A stretch of DNA of 64,000 nt from an uncultured Alphaproteobacteria bacterium (GCA_963830125.1 CAWHKU010000004.1:43131-107130), one strand, 5' to 3'; shown: positions 24,633 through 39,715, numbered from the stretch's first letter. Numbers and translations are program-made. The notes: a model not told the origin generated them from the sequence alone.

Positions 24633-26153
24633 TTACAGCGCGATCAGTGACGTGCCGGTCATCTCGGCCGGCTTCGGCAGGTCCATCAACGCCAGCAAGG
24701 TCGGCGCGATATCGGCCAGCCGGCCGTCATGAAGCTTCACGTTGCCGGCCCCCATCACCATGACCGGTACCGGACCGGTGGTGTGCGAGGTATGCGGTCC
24801 GCCGGTTTTCGGGTCACGCAACATTTCGCAATTGCCGTGGTCGGCGGTCGCCAGCAGCGCGCCGCCGGCTTTTTCAATCGCGTCGGCGATCTGGCCCAGA
24901 CCGGTGTCGACCGTCTCGACCGCCTTGATCGCCGCCGGCAGACTGCCGGTATGGCCGACCATGTCCGGGTTGGCGAAGTTCAGCACGATCAGATCGTATT
25001 TGCCCGAGTCGATCGCTTCGACTGCCTTGGCGGTGAGTTCGGGCGCCGACATTTCAGGCTGCAGGTCGTAGGTCGCGACCTTCGGCGATTGGACCATGAT
25101 GCGGTCTTCACCAGGATAGGGCTCTTCGCGTCCGCCGTTGAGGAAATAGGTGACGTGCGGATATTTCTCGGTCTCGGCCATGCGCAGCTGTGTCCGGCCC
25201 GCTTTGGACGCGACTTCGCCGAGAATGTTCGGGAAGCTTTGCGGCGCGAAGATCGTCTGTATCAGTTTGTCCAGCTCTTCGCTGTATTGCGTCATACCGA
25301 CGGCGGCCGAATAGCGTACGGCCCGCTTGCGTTCGAAGCCGGAGAAGGATGGATCGAGCATCGCTCCGAGAATCTCGCGCACGCGGTCGGCACGGAAGTT
25401 GAAGCACAGAACGCCATCGCCGTCCTTGACGCCGGCGTAGTTGCCGATCACCGCCGGCAGAATGAACTCGTCATAGACCTTGTTGGCATAAGCATCGGCG
25501 ATCGCCGCCTGCGCGTCGGCGAAATGCGCGCCCTCGGCCTCGACGATGGCGTTGTAGGCTTTCGATACGCGATCCCAACGTTTGTCCCGATCCATCGCGT
25601 AATAGCGGCCGATCACGGTGACGACCGGAACGGAAGGCGGCAAGGCCGCGGTGAGCCTTTTCAGATCTTCGTCGGCTGATTGCGGCGGCGTATCGCGGCC
25701 GTCGGTGATGGCGTGAACCACCGCCGGCACGCCGGCCTCGGTCAAAATCTTCGCCAGCGCGACACAGTGATCCTGATGAGAATGCACGCCGCCCGGCGAC
25801 ACCAGGCCGACGAGATGGCAGGTGCCGCCGCTCTGTTTCAGCTTGGCGATCAGATCGACGAGCGCCGGCATTTTCGCGATCTCGCCCGACGCGATGGCGT
25901 CGCCGATGCGCGGCAGGTCCTGCATCACGACCCGGCCGGCGCCGATGTTGAGATGACCGACCTCGGAATTGCCCATCTGGCCGTCGGGCAGACCGACGTC
26001 CTTGCCGGAGGTGCGCAGGAAAGCGTGCGGGCAATTGGCCCAGAGCCGGTCGAAGGTCGGGGTCTTGGCTTGGCGGACGGCGTTGTCCGTGATGTCCTCG
26101 CGCCAGCCCCATCCGTCCAGTACCACCAACATCACAGGACGGCGCTTTTGCAT
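24633..26153 (-). CDS. gpmI: 2,3-bisphosphoglycerate-independent phosphoglycerate mutase
   Basis: intact ORF; VLDGWG, MGNSEVGH, AETEKYPHVT, NPDMVGHTG and TADHGN. Confidence 0.97.
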   Translation of the reverse strand: MQKRRPVMLVVLDGWGWREDITDNAVRQAKTPTFDRLWANCPHAFLRTSGKDVGLPDGQMGNSEVGHLNIGAGRVVMQDLPRIGDAIASGEIAKMPALVDLIAKLKQSGGTCHLVGLVSPGGVHSHQDHCVALAKILTEAGVPAVVHAITDGRDTPPQSADEDLKRLTAALPPSVPVVTVIGRYYAMDRDKRWDRVSKAYNAIVEAEGAHFADAQAAIADAYANKVYDEFILPAVIGNYAGVKDGDGVLCFNFRADRVREILGAMLDPSFSGFERKRAVRYSAAVGMTQYSEELDKLIQTIFAPQSFPNILGEVASKAGRTQLRMAETEKYPHVTYFLNGGREEPYPGEDRIMVQSPKVATYDLQPEMSAPELTAKAVEAIDSGKYDLIVLNFANPDMVGHTGSLPAAIKAVETVDTGLGQIADAIEKAGGALLATADHGNCEMLRDPKTGGPHTSHTTGPVPVMVMGAGNVKLHDGRLADIAPTLLALMDLPKPAEMTGTSLIAL

Positions 26154-26312
26154 GCGAAAATTCCCGGTTTTTCGGCCAAAACTGGATGGGTTTTGAAGGA
26201 TCGCTTTGAAGCCGTCAACTTGCCGCGGCGGTGACGCAAAGCCAGCCACGCAAGAGCTTACGCGCATAGGGGCGCGGCAATAACGGCGTGAATATGATGT
26301 GGGTGGGCGTCT

Positions 26313-27216
26313 TTACGCCCCGGCGATGCCGGCTTCCCAGCCGAGCATCGCGCGCTTGCGGGTCAGGCCCCAGTGATAGCCGGTGACGTCGCCGTTCTTG
26401 CCGACGACGCGGTGACACGGCACCACGAAGGAAATCGGGTTCTTGCCGACGGCGGCGCCGACCGCGCGCGCGGCTTTCGGCGCGCCGGTCCTGGCGGCGA
26501 TGTCGGAATAGGTCGTCAGCTTGCCGACCGGAATGGTCAAAAGTTTTTCCCACACCCGCACTTCGAAATCGGTGCCGATCAAGACCACGCGCAGCGGCTG
26601 GTCCGGCTTCCATAACGTGGCATCGAAAATCCGGCGCGCGGTGGCGGCGGTGGCGGCATAGTCCTCGACGTATTTTGCTTTTGGCCAGCGCGCCTTCATG
26701 TCGTCGAGCGCCGCGCGTTCCTTGCCGGCGTCGGCGAGCGCCAGGCCGGCCAGCCCACGCGGCGCCAGCATCACCAGCGCCATGCCGAACGGGCAGGGGT
26801 GATAGCCGTAGGTCATCGTCAGGCCTTCGCCGCCGCCCTTCCATTCGCCCGGCGACATCGCTTCATGCGTGACGAACAGATCGTGCAAACGGCCGGGCCC
26901 GGACAGGCCGACTTCGTAGGAGGCATCCAGCACGCTCGCCGAATTGCGCAGCAGGTTCGCGCGCGCTGTCGAGCGTCAGCGCTTGCAGGAAGGCTTTCGG
27001 CGTCAGCCCGCACCAGCGCCGGAACAGATGGTGCAGGTCGGTCGGCGGTGACGCCGGCGGCGTCGGCGATCGCCTCGATCTCGGGCTGGTTGCGCCAGTT
27101 GCCGCGGATATGCGCGATGGCGCGGCGCACGACGTCGTAGTCGGCCGCCGCCGTGGTCAGCGGATTGAGCTCGGGAAGGCGGTCGGCGATGGCGGGTTTG
27201 GCATGGTGGCGATCAT
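26313..27216 (-). CDS. ada: AraC-HTH / methylated-DNA-protein-cysteine methyltransferase (Ada-like; frameshifted)
   Basis: N-terminal AraC HTH (GLTPKAF, GLSGPGRLHDLF) and the C-terminal VPCHRV active site. Confidence 0.88.
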
Positions 27217-27265
27217 GCTGCTCAATCTAGGCCGCGCCGGCGGCTGGCAGCCACCCGATTTCTGG

Positions 27266-27786
27266 TTATGCCAGCACCGTGCGCACCGGGCCCGCGTTTG
27301 GCTTCGTTCAGAGCGCGGGTCAAGCGCGATGGCGAAGTCGGCCCGCTCATGGCGGGGCGAGAAAGTTGGCGATCGTGAGCTGCTTGTCGCGCATGACCAG
27401 AAACAGCCGGGCGATGCCGAAATCCTCGATGATTTCGCTTGTCGAGCCTGACCCAGAGCGGGTTGAGCACCCATTCGCGGACTCTGCCGCGGTGGCTGAC
27501 CTTGCGCACGGTGAGCGCCGACGGCGTGACGGTGACTTGCTCGAATGCCGCGGCGTGGCGGTTGTTGATCCGGATCGCCCAATAGAGCAGCGCGACGTCG
27601 AGGCCGAAAAAGCCGAATACCGGCCAGGCGCCCATCATCAGAAAGGCCATGCCGGTGCACGAAGCTGGCGCCGCCGAAGGCCAGCATCAGCACCAGAAAG
27701 CCGGTGCCGCCGAGCGAGCGGTGCGGCGTGATGGTGGCGGAAAAGATCGTCGGTTCGAGTTCGGCAGACGTGTTGTCGGCCATCAT
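27266..27786 (-). CDS. DUF2244 family membrane protein (frameshifted)
   Basis: ITPHRSLG, GAWPVFGFFGLDV and NPLWVRL. Confidence 0.82.
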
Positions 27787-27808
27787 GGCGCGCACTATAC
27801 CGGAAATC

Positions 27809-28631
27809 ATGGCAAAAAAATCGGTCCGCAAAGCACCTCGCCCGCAAAAAGGTTCCGGTCAGAAAGCTGGCGGCGAAAAAGGCTGTCGGCCAAAAAGACT
27901 ACGGCCAAAGCGCAAAGGGCAAGGCGGCCAGGCTAAAAGCCGCGCTGCCAAGGATCAGCGCCAAATCCGGCTTGCGGCATCGCCAAGCCCTGGACCCCGG
28001 CGCAGATCGACGAGGCGTTCCGCCGCTTCCAGGCCCAGGAGCCGGAACCCAAGGGCGAGCTGAAACACACCAATCCGTTCACGCTGCTGGTGGCGGTGGT
28101 GCTGTCGGCGCAGGCGACCGACGCCGGCGTCAACAAGGCAACGCCGGCTTTGTTCGCGCTGGCCGACACGCCGGCGAAAATGGCAGCGCTGGGCGAAGAC
28201 CGCATTCGCGATCTGATCAAGACCATCGGCCTGTTCCGCAACAAGGCCAAGAATGTTTACGTTGCTGGCGCAAAAATTGATCGCCGAACTTCGGCGGCGA
28301 GGTGCCGCGCACCCGCGAGGCGCTGGAAGCTTTGCCCGGCGTCGGCCGCAAGACCGCCAACGTGGTTTTGAACATGGCCTTCGGTCAGCCGACCATGGCG
28401 GTCGACACCCATATTTTCCGCATCGGCAATCGCACCGGGCTGGCGCCCGGCAAGAATCCGCTCGAGGTCGAACTGAAACTGGAAGCGCAGATCCCGGCCA
28501 AGTACATGCTGCACGCGCATCACTGGCTGATCCTGCACGGCCGTTACATTTGCCTGGCGCGCAAGCCGCAGTGCGAGAAATGCATTATCGCGGATTTGTG
28601 CCAGTGGCCGGAGAAGACGGTGAGCGCATGA
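27809..28631 (+). CDS. nth: endonuclease III with Lys-rich N-terminal extension (frameshifted)
   Basis: LSAQATD, LPGVGRKTANV, AVDTH and the C-X6-C-X2-C-X5-C Fe-S motif. Confidence 0.95.
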
Positions 28632-28710
28632 TCCCGAAAATGCCTGTCCCGACTTGATCGGGGATGGGAACCGGTTTTCGGATAAGATCATGCGCAAATA
28701 AAATGCCTAG
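28623..28710. repeat. palindromic intergenic repeat of the same family as 23791-23896
   Basis: GCGCATGATCCCGAAAA..GGGAACCGGTTTTCGGATAAGATCATGCGC..CTAG; overlaps the stop codons of both convergent genes. Confidence 0.7.
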
Positions 28711-29443
28711 CGCACCGGCTCGATCAACTCGACGCGCCCGCCGGCCATCTTCTTATGGATGTGCACCATGAAGGCCATGGCGAAAATCGGCGTCGCCAGA
28801 TTGAGAATCGGGATCGACACGAACACCGCGATCACCATGCCGGCGAGAAAGACATAAGACGCAGCGCGCCTTGCGCATCGCCTTGGCCTCGTCCGGCGGA
28901 CGGAAGCGCATGGCGGCGAGTTCGAAATATTCCCGGCCGAGCAGATATGAGTTCGCCAGAAACAAGATGATGAAGCCGAAGCCGGCAAACAGCACGAAGG
29001 GCAGCGCGAAAAAATAAACGACCAGCGTCAGCAGCGCGATCTTGATGCCTTCGATCAGATGGCGCGGAAGACCGGCAGCGCGCGGCCCGGCGGCTCGGCC
29101 GGGTAATATTCGCGCTCGACCAGTTCGGCGACTTCATCGACGAAAAAGCTGCCGACAAAGGCGGTGACCGCCGGCATCAGGAACAGCGCGCCGGTGACGA
29201 TGCCTAGGCCCGCCATGATCGACAGCACCCAGGCCAGCGCCGACCAGGCCGCGTGCGGGGCAAAGCCGGCGCTCTGCTCGGCCCAGGTGGCGCCGTTGTC
29301 GGCCAGATGGGCGAGCAGCGCGCTGCATGACGATGCCGATGATGACGATCAGCAGCAGCGCGAGGCCGACGGCTTTGAGGAGCACGCGGCGCAGCGGCGC
29401 GGAAAACATCTGGCGAAGGGCTTTGGACGGCGGCGTCGATCAT
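28707..29443 (-). CDS. EI24/CysZ-like membrane protein (frameshifted)
   Basis: hydrophobic segments, YLLGREYFELAAMR and IPILNLATP. Confidence 0.75.
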
Positions 29444-29487
29444 GGGGCAGAGTTAAGCGTGCCCCGGTCTCAGGGCAAGGGCAAGCT

Positions 29488-30317
29488 TTAAGCCGCCGGC
29501 GACAGGGTCTCTTCCGGACCGGCTCGCATCGTCCGGCACCAGCGACACGATCAGGTCGGGATCGTCGGCCAGGCGTGTCGGCCCAGGCCATGGCTTTGTA
29601 GTCGAAGCCTTTTCGAGGGTCGGCTTGACGACCTCGAAATAGGGCGAGATGTCGAAATCGCGCGGTGCGTACAGCGACGAATGGCGGATTTCGAGAATTT
29701 CGGCGCGCTCGGCTTCGTTCTCCGAGTGCGCGTGATTTTCGGCAGGATCGGATAGCGCACGTTCTCGAACGCCTGCGCGATCAGCGCCGAGCAGATGATG
29801 CGGGTCGGATGGCCGGAGCCGAGCGCCATCATGCGGCGGCGGAAGCGCTGCGGCACCGGCATCGGAAACAGATAGCGCGCGAGATCGAGGATGTTCTTGA
29901 CGTCGTAGTCGAAGCCGATGCGCTCGCAGGCATAGGTGCACACGCGCGCGCGGTCGTCTTCCGATCGAGACCGACCGGCCGGCAGATGCGGGTATGCGCA
30001 TTGCCGTATTTCGATAGCGGCACCGCGATGACGCCTAGCCCCAGTTCGGCTTCCACCAAGGCTAGCGGTTCGCCCGAGGCCGATACACGATCGCCGATCG
30101 GGCCGACATAAAGCGCGGCGTGCGACCAGGTCGATTGCGTGAGATATTTGATGATGCCGGCGATGTGGCTGTGGCCTTCGATCAGCAGCACGTCGCCGGG
30201 CTTGAGAACAGCCGCCAGCGTGTCGGCGCGGCCGGGCGTAATATCCTCGTAGCCCTTCTCGGGCTTTTCCAGATAACGGGCGATCAAGCGCCCAATGCTG
30301 TTGCCGACCCAACCCAT
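29488..30317 (-). CDS. YiiX/YebB-like permuted papain (NlpC/P60) enzyme (frameshifted; 3' end uncertain)
   Basis: LKPGDVLL, TQSTWSHAALYVG (His) preceding RIICSALIAQAF (Cys). Confidence 0.8.
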
Positions 30318-30577
30318 GTTCCCTGTGGCGTCCGTCCCGACGCCGTCGTCGACGCTTGTTTCCCCTGCGCCGTCGCAACGCGCGGCGCTTCTTGTTGCAT
30401 CCCACTTTAATGAAGACTCATTGCAAATTGGTTCATTGGTTGCGGATGGCTGGTAACGGTGCGTTAGGCAAGAAAACCCTTGTGAATATAAGGCTCGGCG
30501 ACCGCGCAAGCGCCGCGCGGAAATGATTTGGATACCACGTTGCGGATTCCGCACTGCCGTTGTGCTAGCAATCGTTA

Positions 30578-31272
30578 ATGGCCAACCTTCCCAGACAGCT
30601 TACCGAAAGCATTGATTGCGTGGTCGAGCGGCAAGGACTCGGCCTGGGCGCTGCATGTGGCGCGCCAGCGCCGGCGACTCGATATCGTCGGCGCGCTGAC
30701 CACCGTGACCGACAGTTTCGCCCGCGTCTAGCATGCATGGCGTACGCGAGGAATTGCTGGCGGCGCAATGCGAGGCCGCCGGGCTGCCGTCGATCACGGT
30801 GCGAATTCCCTATCCTTGCACGAACGAGATCTACGAGCGCGAAATGGCCAAGGCGATGGCCGGCTGCGCAAAGCGCAGGGCGTCACGCATGTGATTTTCG
30901 GCGATCTGTTTCTGGCCGATCTGCGCGCCTGGCGCGAGGAAAAACTCGACAGCATCGGCATGACGGCGGTGTTTCCGATCTGGCATGAGCAGGCCGACAA
31001 AGGAACGCCGGCTCTGGCGCGCGAAATGATCGCGGCCGGCGTCGAGGCGCATCTGGCGGTGGTCGATTTGAAAAAACTGCCGGCGTCGTTTGCCGGCCGC
31101 CGCTTCGATCAAGCGTTGCTCGACGATCTGCCGGACGGCATCGACCCGTGCGGCGAGAACGGCGAGTTTCATAGTTTCGTGTCGGCCGGGCCGATGCTCG
31201 GCGCAAAATTCCCGTGCGCGTCGGCGAGACGGTCGAGCGGGATGGATTTGCGTTCGCGGATTTGGTGGCGGT

Positions 31273-31276
<4 letters not shown>
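30578..31276 (+). CDS. PP-loop ATP pyrophosphatase, MJ0570/diphthine-ammonia-ligase-like (frameshifted)
   Basis: WSSGKDSAW, IFGDLFL and DPCGENGEFHSFV. Confidence 0.85.
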
Positions 31277-34911
<3,635 letters not shown>

Positions 34912-34947
34912 ACCCTGTGGCTACGACTTAGGCTTAAGCTTGTGGGC

Positions 34948-35328
34948 TTAGGCCTTGGCCGCTTCGGCCGGAGCCGGCAGCGCCGCCTTGGCCTTTTCGA
35001 CGATCGCCTGGAAGGCAGCCGGCTCGTTGATCGCGAGATCGGACAGCACCTTGCGGTCGATGACCAGGCCGGACTTGGCCAGCCCGTCGATGAACTTCGA
35101 GTAGTTCAGACCGAACGGCCGCACGGCGGCGTTCAGGCGCTGGATCCACAGAGCGCGGAAGGTGCGCTTGCGGCGCTTGCGGTCGCGGAAGGCGTATTGG
35201 TTGGCCTTTTCCACCGCCTGCTTGGCGACGCGGATGGTGTTCTTGCGGCGGCCATAAAAGCCCTTGGCGGCCTTGTAGACTTTCTTGTGCTTGGCGTGGG
35301 CGGTAACGCCACGTTTGACGCGGGCCAT
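34948..35328 (-). CDS. rplT: 50S ribosomal protein L20
   Basis: [17 protein letters not shown] and [12 protein letters not shown]. Confidence 0.99.
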   Translation of the reverse strand: MARVKRGVTAHAKHKKVYKAAKGFYGRRKNTIRVAKQAVEKANQYAFRDRKRRKRTFRALWIQRLNAAVRPFGLNYSKFIDGLAKSGLVIDRKVLSDLAINEPAAFQAIVEKAKAALPAPAEAAKA

Positions 35329-35413
35329 GGGGAAACTCCTTGCAAACCTTTAGAGCAAACGTTGGGAACGTTGGCGACAACAGCGGCGCTTAAGCCGCCT
35401 TGAAAAATCCGGA

Positions 35414-35614
35414 CTAGCCGTTGGGCAGCCAGTATTTCTTGATGTTGTCGCCGTCGGTCTTGAACAGCACAGCGGTGCCGCGATGGTTGCGGAGCTGCTT
35501 GTTGGTGCGCTTGATCATGCCGTGACGTTTGCCGGCTTGCGCGTATTTCACCTTGCCGGACGCGGTAATCTTGAAGCGCTTTTTAGCGCCCGATTTGGTC
35601 TTCAGCTTGGGCAT
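35414..35614 (-). CDS. rpmI: 50S ribosomal protein L35
   Basis: [21 protein letters not shown]. Confidence 0.98.
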   Translation of the reverse strand: MPKLKTKSGAKKRFKITASGKVKYAQAGKRHGMIKRTNKQLRNHRGTAVLFKTDGDNIKKYWLPNG

Positions 35615-35794
35615 TTTGCTCTCCAGGTCGGCCTTATTTAAGCGAGGCAAAGTGCCCCGCGTGGCCGGGATGCGCTCGAAAGACAAGTGTCTTCAAGCGG
35701 TTGCTCGGAATTGAGCGGGTATCGCCGCCACGGCAGCCCTAACAGCCGGTCGGCGAGAGCGCGGCTTATGCCAGAGGCCTGCGCAAATTGACAA
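35615..35794 (-). promoter_or_regulatory. rpmI sigma70 promoter and about 145-nt structured leader
   Basis: TTGTCA-N18-CATAAG on the minus strand; complementary CGTGGC/GCCACG segments within the leader. Confidence 0.5.
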
Positions 35795-36010
35795 CAGAGA
35801 CGATGAGCCGGGCGGTGGCGCGACTACCGGCGTGGGTCGGCGAATTTCGGCCGGTTTCGCCGTCGATTTTGCACGATAGTTCCATAATTTTGACAGCAAA
35901 CGAATAGTCTTCGCGGGTTGCGGCGAAGGCTCACTTTGGCCTATATTATAGATGCAGCAAAAAATCGAATTACGGAGCAACCGCTTCGCGCGGCCGAGGA
36001 GCAGTGTTCA

Positions 36011-36997
36011 ATGAATATGACGGTCAATTTTTCCGAAATTAATGAAGCAAAAGCTGATTTTTCGGATTTATATACTTCAAAAGATCCAAGAAATTACTTT
36101 AAATACCTTGGTCAACTTGATTACATCATCCCGCATCTTGCCCAGCCGATCTTCAGTCAGTTGATCCGCGCCCGCCAGGAGACCCAGTCCGAGCCGGTGA
36201 CCGTTCTCGATATCGGCTGCTCCTACGCCATCAACGGCGCCTTGATGAAATACGCCGTCGACTATGAGGCGTTGCGCCAGCGCTACACCGCGCCGCCGAT
36301 GCAAGTCGCTGACCAGCGCGCAGGTCCTCGACCTCGACCGCCATTTCTATCAGGCTTGGCCGAAGAACCCGGGCGTGAAGGTCATCGGCCTCGACGTCTC
36401 CGAGAACGCCGTCCGCTACGCCGAAGACTGCGGCATCCTCGATCATGGCCTGGCGATCGATTTGGAAAGCCGCGACCCGACGCCGGAGGAAGCCAAGATC
36501 CTGTCCGAGGTCGACATCATCGTGTCGACCGGCTGCGTCGGCTACGTCACCGGCAAGACCTTCGAGCGCGTCGCCAAGCTCGCCGCGCAAAAGACCGCCA
36601 AGCACCGTGCGCCCTGGGCCGCCAATTTCGTGCTGCGCATGTTCCCGTTCGACAACATCGCCACAACGCTGGCCGAGCCACGGCCTGGTCACCGAGCCTT
36701 ACGAAGGCGCGAGCTTCGTGCAGCGCCGCTTCGCCAGCCGCGAGGAAATGGAAGGCGGTGATCAGGGCCGTGGAAGCGCGCGGGCTACGACACCGACGGC
36801 CACGAGACCGAGGGTCTCTACCATTCCAACTGTTCGTCTCGCGCCCGGCCGAGGAAATCGCGCGCCGGCCGCTTCAGGAACTGGTGACGGTGGTCAGCGG
36901 CGCCAATATGCTCTGGTCGGTCGGCGCCAATGTGCTCGGCAGTTATGGCCAGGCGGTGCGCAAGACCGCCCGCGCCGCGCGCCGCCTCAGCGCCTGA
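36011..36997 (+). CDS. class I SAM-dependent methyltransferase-like protein of unknown function (frameshifted)
   Basis: VLDIGCSY motif I, VIGLDVS motif II and DIIVSTGCVGY. Confidence 0.7.
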   Translation: MNMTVNFSEINEAKADFSDLYTSKDPRNYFKYLGQLDYIIPHLAQPIFSQLIRARQETQSEPVTVLDIGCSYAINGALMKYAVDYEALRQRYTAPPMQVADQRAGPRPRPPFLSGLAEEPGREGHRPRRLRERRPLRRRLRHPRSWPGDRFGKPRPDAGGSQDPVRGRHHRVDRLRRLRHRQDLRARRQARRAKDRQAPCALGRQFRAAHVPVRQHRHNAGRATAWSPSLTKARASCSAASPAARKWKAVIRAVEARGLRHRRPRDRGSLPFQLFVSRPAEEIARRPLQELVTVVSGANMLWSVGANVLGSYGQAVRKTARAARRLSA

Positions 36998-37132
36998 GCG
37001 GCCGCCGGCACCGCGCTTTACGAACCTGGCTTAACTTTCAACCGGCGTCGCCCGTTACCGTGCGGCGCCGGTTTGTTTTGCGCTAGTGTGCCGGGCGGCG
37101 TTTTTAGGCGTCGCGAAACGCTTGGGGGCACC

Positions 37133-37507
37133 ATGCCGGCGCACTATTGCTTTGACGATCATCGCCGGCCTGTCTTTGGCGGCTGCCGCGCCGTCATCCC
37201 CGCGCTTGGGCGGCGGCGTCCGACGGCAACTGGAGCGTGCTGGTCATCACCGAAAAAGGTAATTGCGATCGCGGCTATCGTTATGCGGTGGCGGTGGCCG
37301 ACGGCCAGGTCGTCTATAAAGGCGATACAGCGGTGAACTTGAGCGGTGCCGTCGCACCCGACGGCGCGGTCAAAGTCAGCATCAAATTCGGCGGGCAGGC
37401 GCGCCAACGGCACCGGCCGCTTGGCGGGCGATACCGGCTCCGGCATCTGGCGCGGCAAGGGCTCGTCGGGCGAATGCGCCGGCCGCTGGGAAGCCGAGCG
37501 GCGCTAG
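37133..37507 (+). CDS. small exported hypothetical protein (frameshifted)
   Basis: signal peptide, DGNWSVLVITEKGNCD and GECAGRWEAERR with a Cys pair. Confidence 0.65.
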
Positions 37508-37546
37508 CTGCAAACTTCGGTTCACGGCAATTCACCGCTCCGAAAC

Positions 37547-37578
37547 GCAAAACGCGCCGGTTTCCCGGCGCGTTCTGC
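37547..37578 (-). terminator. intrinsic terminator of infC (possibly bidirectional)
   Basis: AACGCGCCGG-TTTC-CCGGCGCGTT stem with a T-run on the minus strand. Confidence 0.7.
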
Positions 37579-37604
37579 GGTTGAGTTTGGGCCTGCGGCT
37601 TTGA

Positions 37605-38145
37605 TCAGCGCGGCGCCAGCAACATCACCATCTGGCGGCCTTCGAAGCGCGGCTCCGATTCGACCTTGGAGATCTTGCTCGGTGTCGTCCTTGACGCGCT
37701 GGAGCAGCTTGTAGCCGAGCTCCTGATGCGCCATTTCGCGGCCACGGAAGCGCAAGGTGATCTTGACCTTGTCGCCTTCGTCGAAGAAGCGCTGCATCGC
37801 GCGCATCTTCACCTGATAGTCATGGTCGTCGATCATCGGCCGGAGCTTGATCTCCTTGATCTCGACAACCTTCTGTTTTTTGCGGGCTTCGGCCGCTTTC
37901 TTCTGCGCCTGGAATTTGTACTTGCCGTAATCCAAGATTTTCGCGACCGGCGGGTCCGAATTTGGGGCGATCTCAACGAGATCAAGCCCGGCGGCCTGGG
38001 CAAGCCCAATGGCCGCTTCGGTCAGGACAACACCTTTGTTTTCGCCGGTAGCATCGATCAGCTGGACCTCGCGGGAGCGGATCTCCTCGTTGATGCGCGG
38101 GCCACCTTTTTCGGCGGGCAGCGCGGATTTTATCGGACGACGAAT
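37605..38145 (-). CDS. infC: translation initiation factor IF-3 with ATT start codon (one frameshift)
   Basis: GAGGAG SD then ATT CGT CGT CCG..; PRINEEI, DLVEIAP, DYGKYKF and KEIKLRP. Confidence 0.97.
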
Positions 38146-38361
38146 GGCTGGTCTCTCCTCAAGCTGTTGAAACGGGTATCGGTCGTTTAAGCGAGCATCA
38201 CTCTAGCCGAAAAACAGAGGCCTGGCTTCGGAATAATGCTGCGTAGGGCCGCGCGCAACGCGCCGCCCGAATAAGCGAAAGATCGTTATAAACGCCGGAT
38301 AAGTCAACGCGGTTCCACGCCTCTAACCGCTGGAACGGTGCAATTTTTCGGCTCAAACCGG

Positions 38362-39602
38362 TCAAATTTCACTTAATTTTCGCCCGGTCTCGGCTCCGGC
38401 CGGCGATCTCGGCATAAAGCCGCAGCATCTGTCGGCGGCCGACGGCGGCGTTGAAATGGCCGAGCACCCAGTCGCGCCCGCGTAACCCCATGGTCGCGGC
38501 CAGCGGCGCCGGCATGGCGAACAGCCGCAGCAGGGCCGCCGCCAGCGCAGTCGTCGTCGCCGGCGGGAAAGCGCAGGCCGGTGATCCGGCTTTCCGGCAC
38601 CGCCGGCGCGGTCAAGCACGACATCGGGGCCGGCGGCGAGATCGGACACGATCAGCGGCCGCGCCATCGCCTGGGCTTCCAGGATCGAGCGCTGCACGCC
38701 TTCCGGCTGAATCGCCGCCGAGACCACGACCGAGGCCGCGGCATAGGCCGCCGGCATGTCGTGCACCGGTGCGGCCATGCGGATGACATCCATGGTGCCG
38801 GTCGCCAGCACCAGGTCCCACAGCTCGCCGGTATAATGGGTGCGGCCGCGGTCTTCGCCGACAAAGACAAACAGAAAATCCTTGCAGCCCATGTCCTGCA
38901 GGCGCCGCACCGCGCGCACCACGACATGATGGCCTTTGCGGCGCAGGATGCTGCCGGTGATCAGGATCACCTTGGTGTCGCCTTTGACGCCCCAGGCGCT
39001 ACGTATCGCCGCGATCCGGTCGGCCGTGACGATCGCCGGATCGAAATGACCGAAGTCGATGCTGCACGGCACCACCGCGATTTTGTCCCACGGCGTGCCG
39101 TAACGGTCGTTGACCAGTTGCGCGAGCTGTTCGCTGGTCGCAATCACGCGGTCGCCGCGCGCCATCACGCCGTTGTACAGGCGCTTGAAAATATTCTGTT
39201 CGCGAAAGCCTTTGTACCAGCTGGTGACGAAGGTGATGCCGCGCAGCCGGGCCGCGATATAGGCGCTCCAGGCGCCGGCGCGGCCGAGCGCATGAATGAC
39301 GTCGCAGTTGTTTTCGCGCGCCAGCCGGATCAGCACGGCCGCGTTGCGCAACATGCGCAGCGGATTTTTGCTGGCGACATTGAGCGCCACGAATTCACCG
39401 CCGGCGGCGGTGATGTCGGCGACCAGCCGGCCGGCGCGCGACACCACGATGGCGCGATGGCCGGCCTTTTGAGAATGCGCACCAGCTCGACCGCGCCGAC
39501 ATCGGCGGCGCCGCCGTCGAGCGTCGGCGTGACGATCAGGACGGTAATAGGTTGGGCGCGTGCGTTCAGGACCGGCTGATCGGGCGCGGGATCACTCGAC
39601 AT
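38362..39602 (-). CDS. GT4-family glycosyltransferase (frameshifted)
   Basis: GT-B fold motifs: RRKGHHVV, DMPAAYAAA and ILEAQAMARP. Confidence 0.85.
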
Positions 39603-39715
39603 GCCGTCGCAACCTCAAACCATCGGGTGACGGAACTCGTCATGGGAGCCGGCCAAACCATCGCGGAAGGCCGGCTGGCGATTGGCGTCGCGTGGGCAGG
39701 GCGGAGTCAAACGGC

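Noticed and set aside
38291-38316. GGAAC-N17-CGTT (EcfG-like promoter) upstream of infC on the minus strand
   Set aside because: About one such 9-bp match is expected by chance in 64 kb, and it overlaps a plausible sigma70 TTGACT -35.
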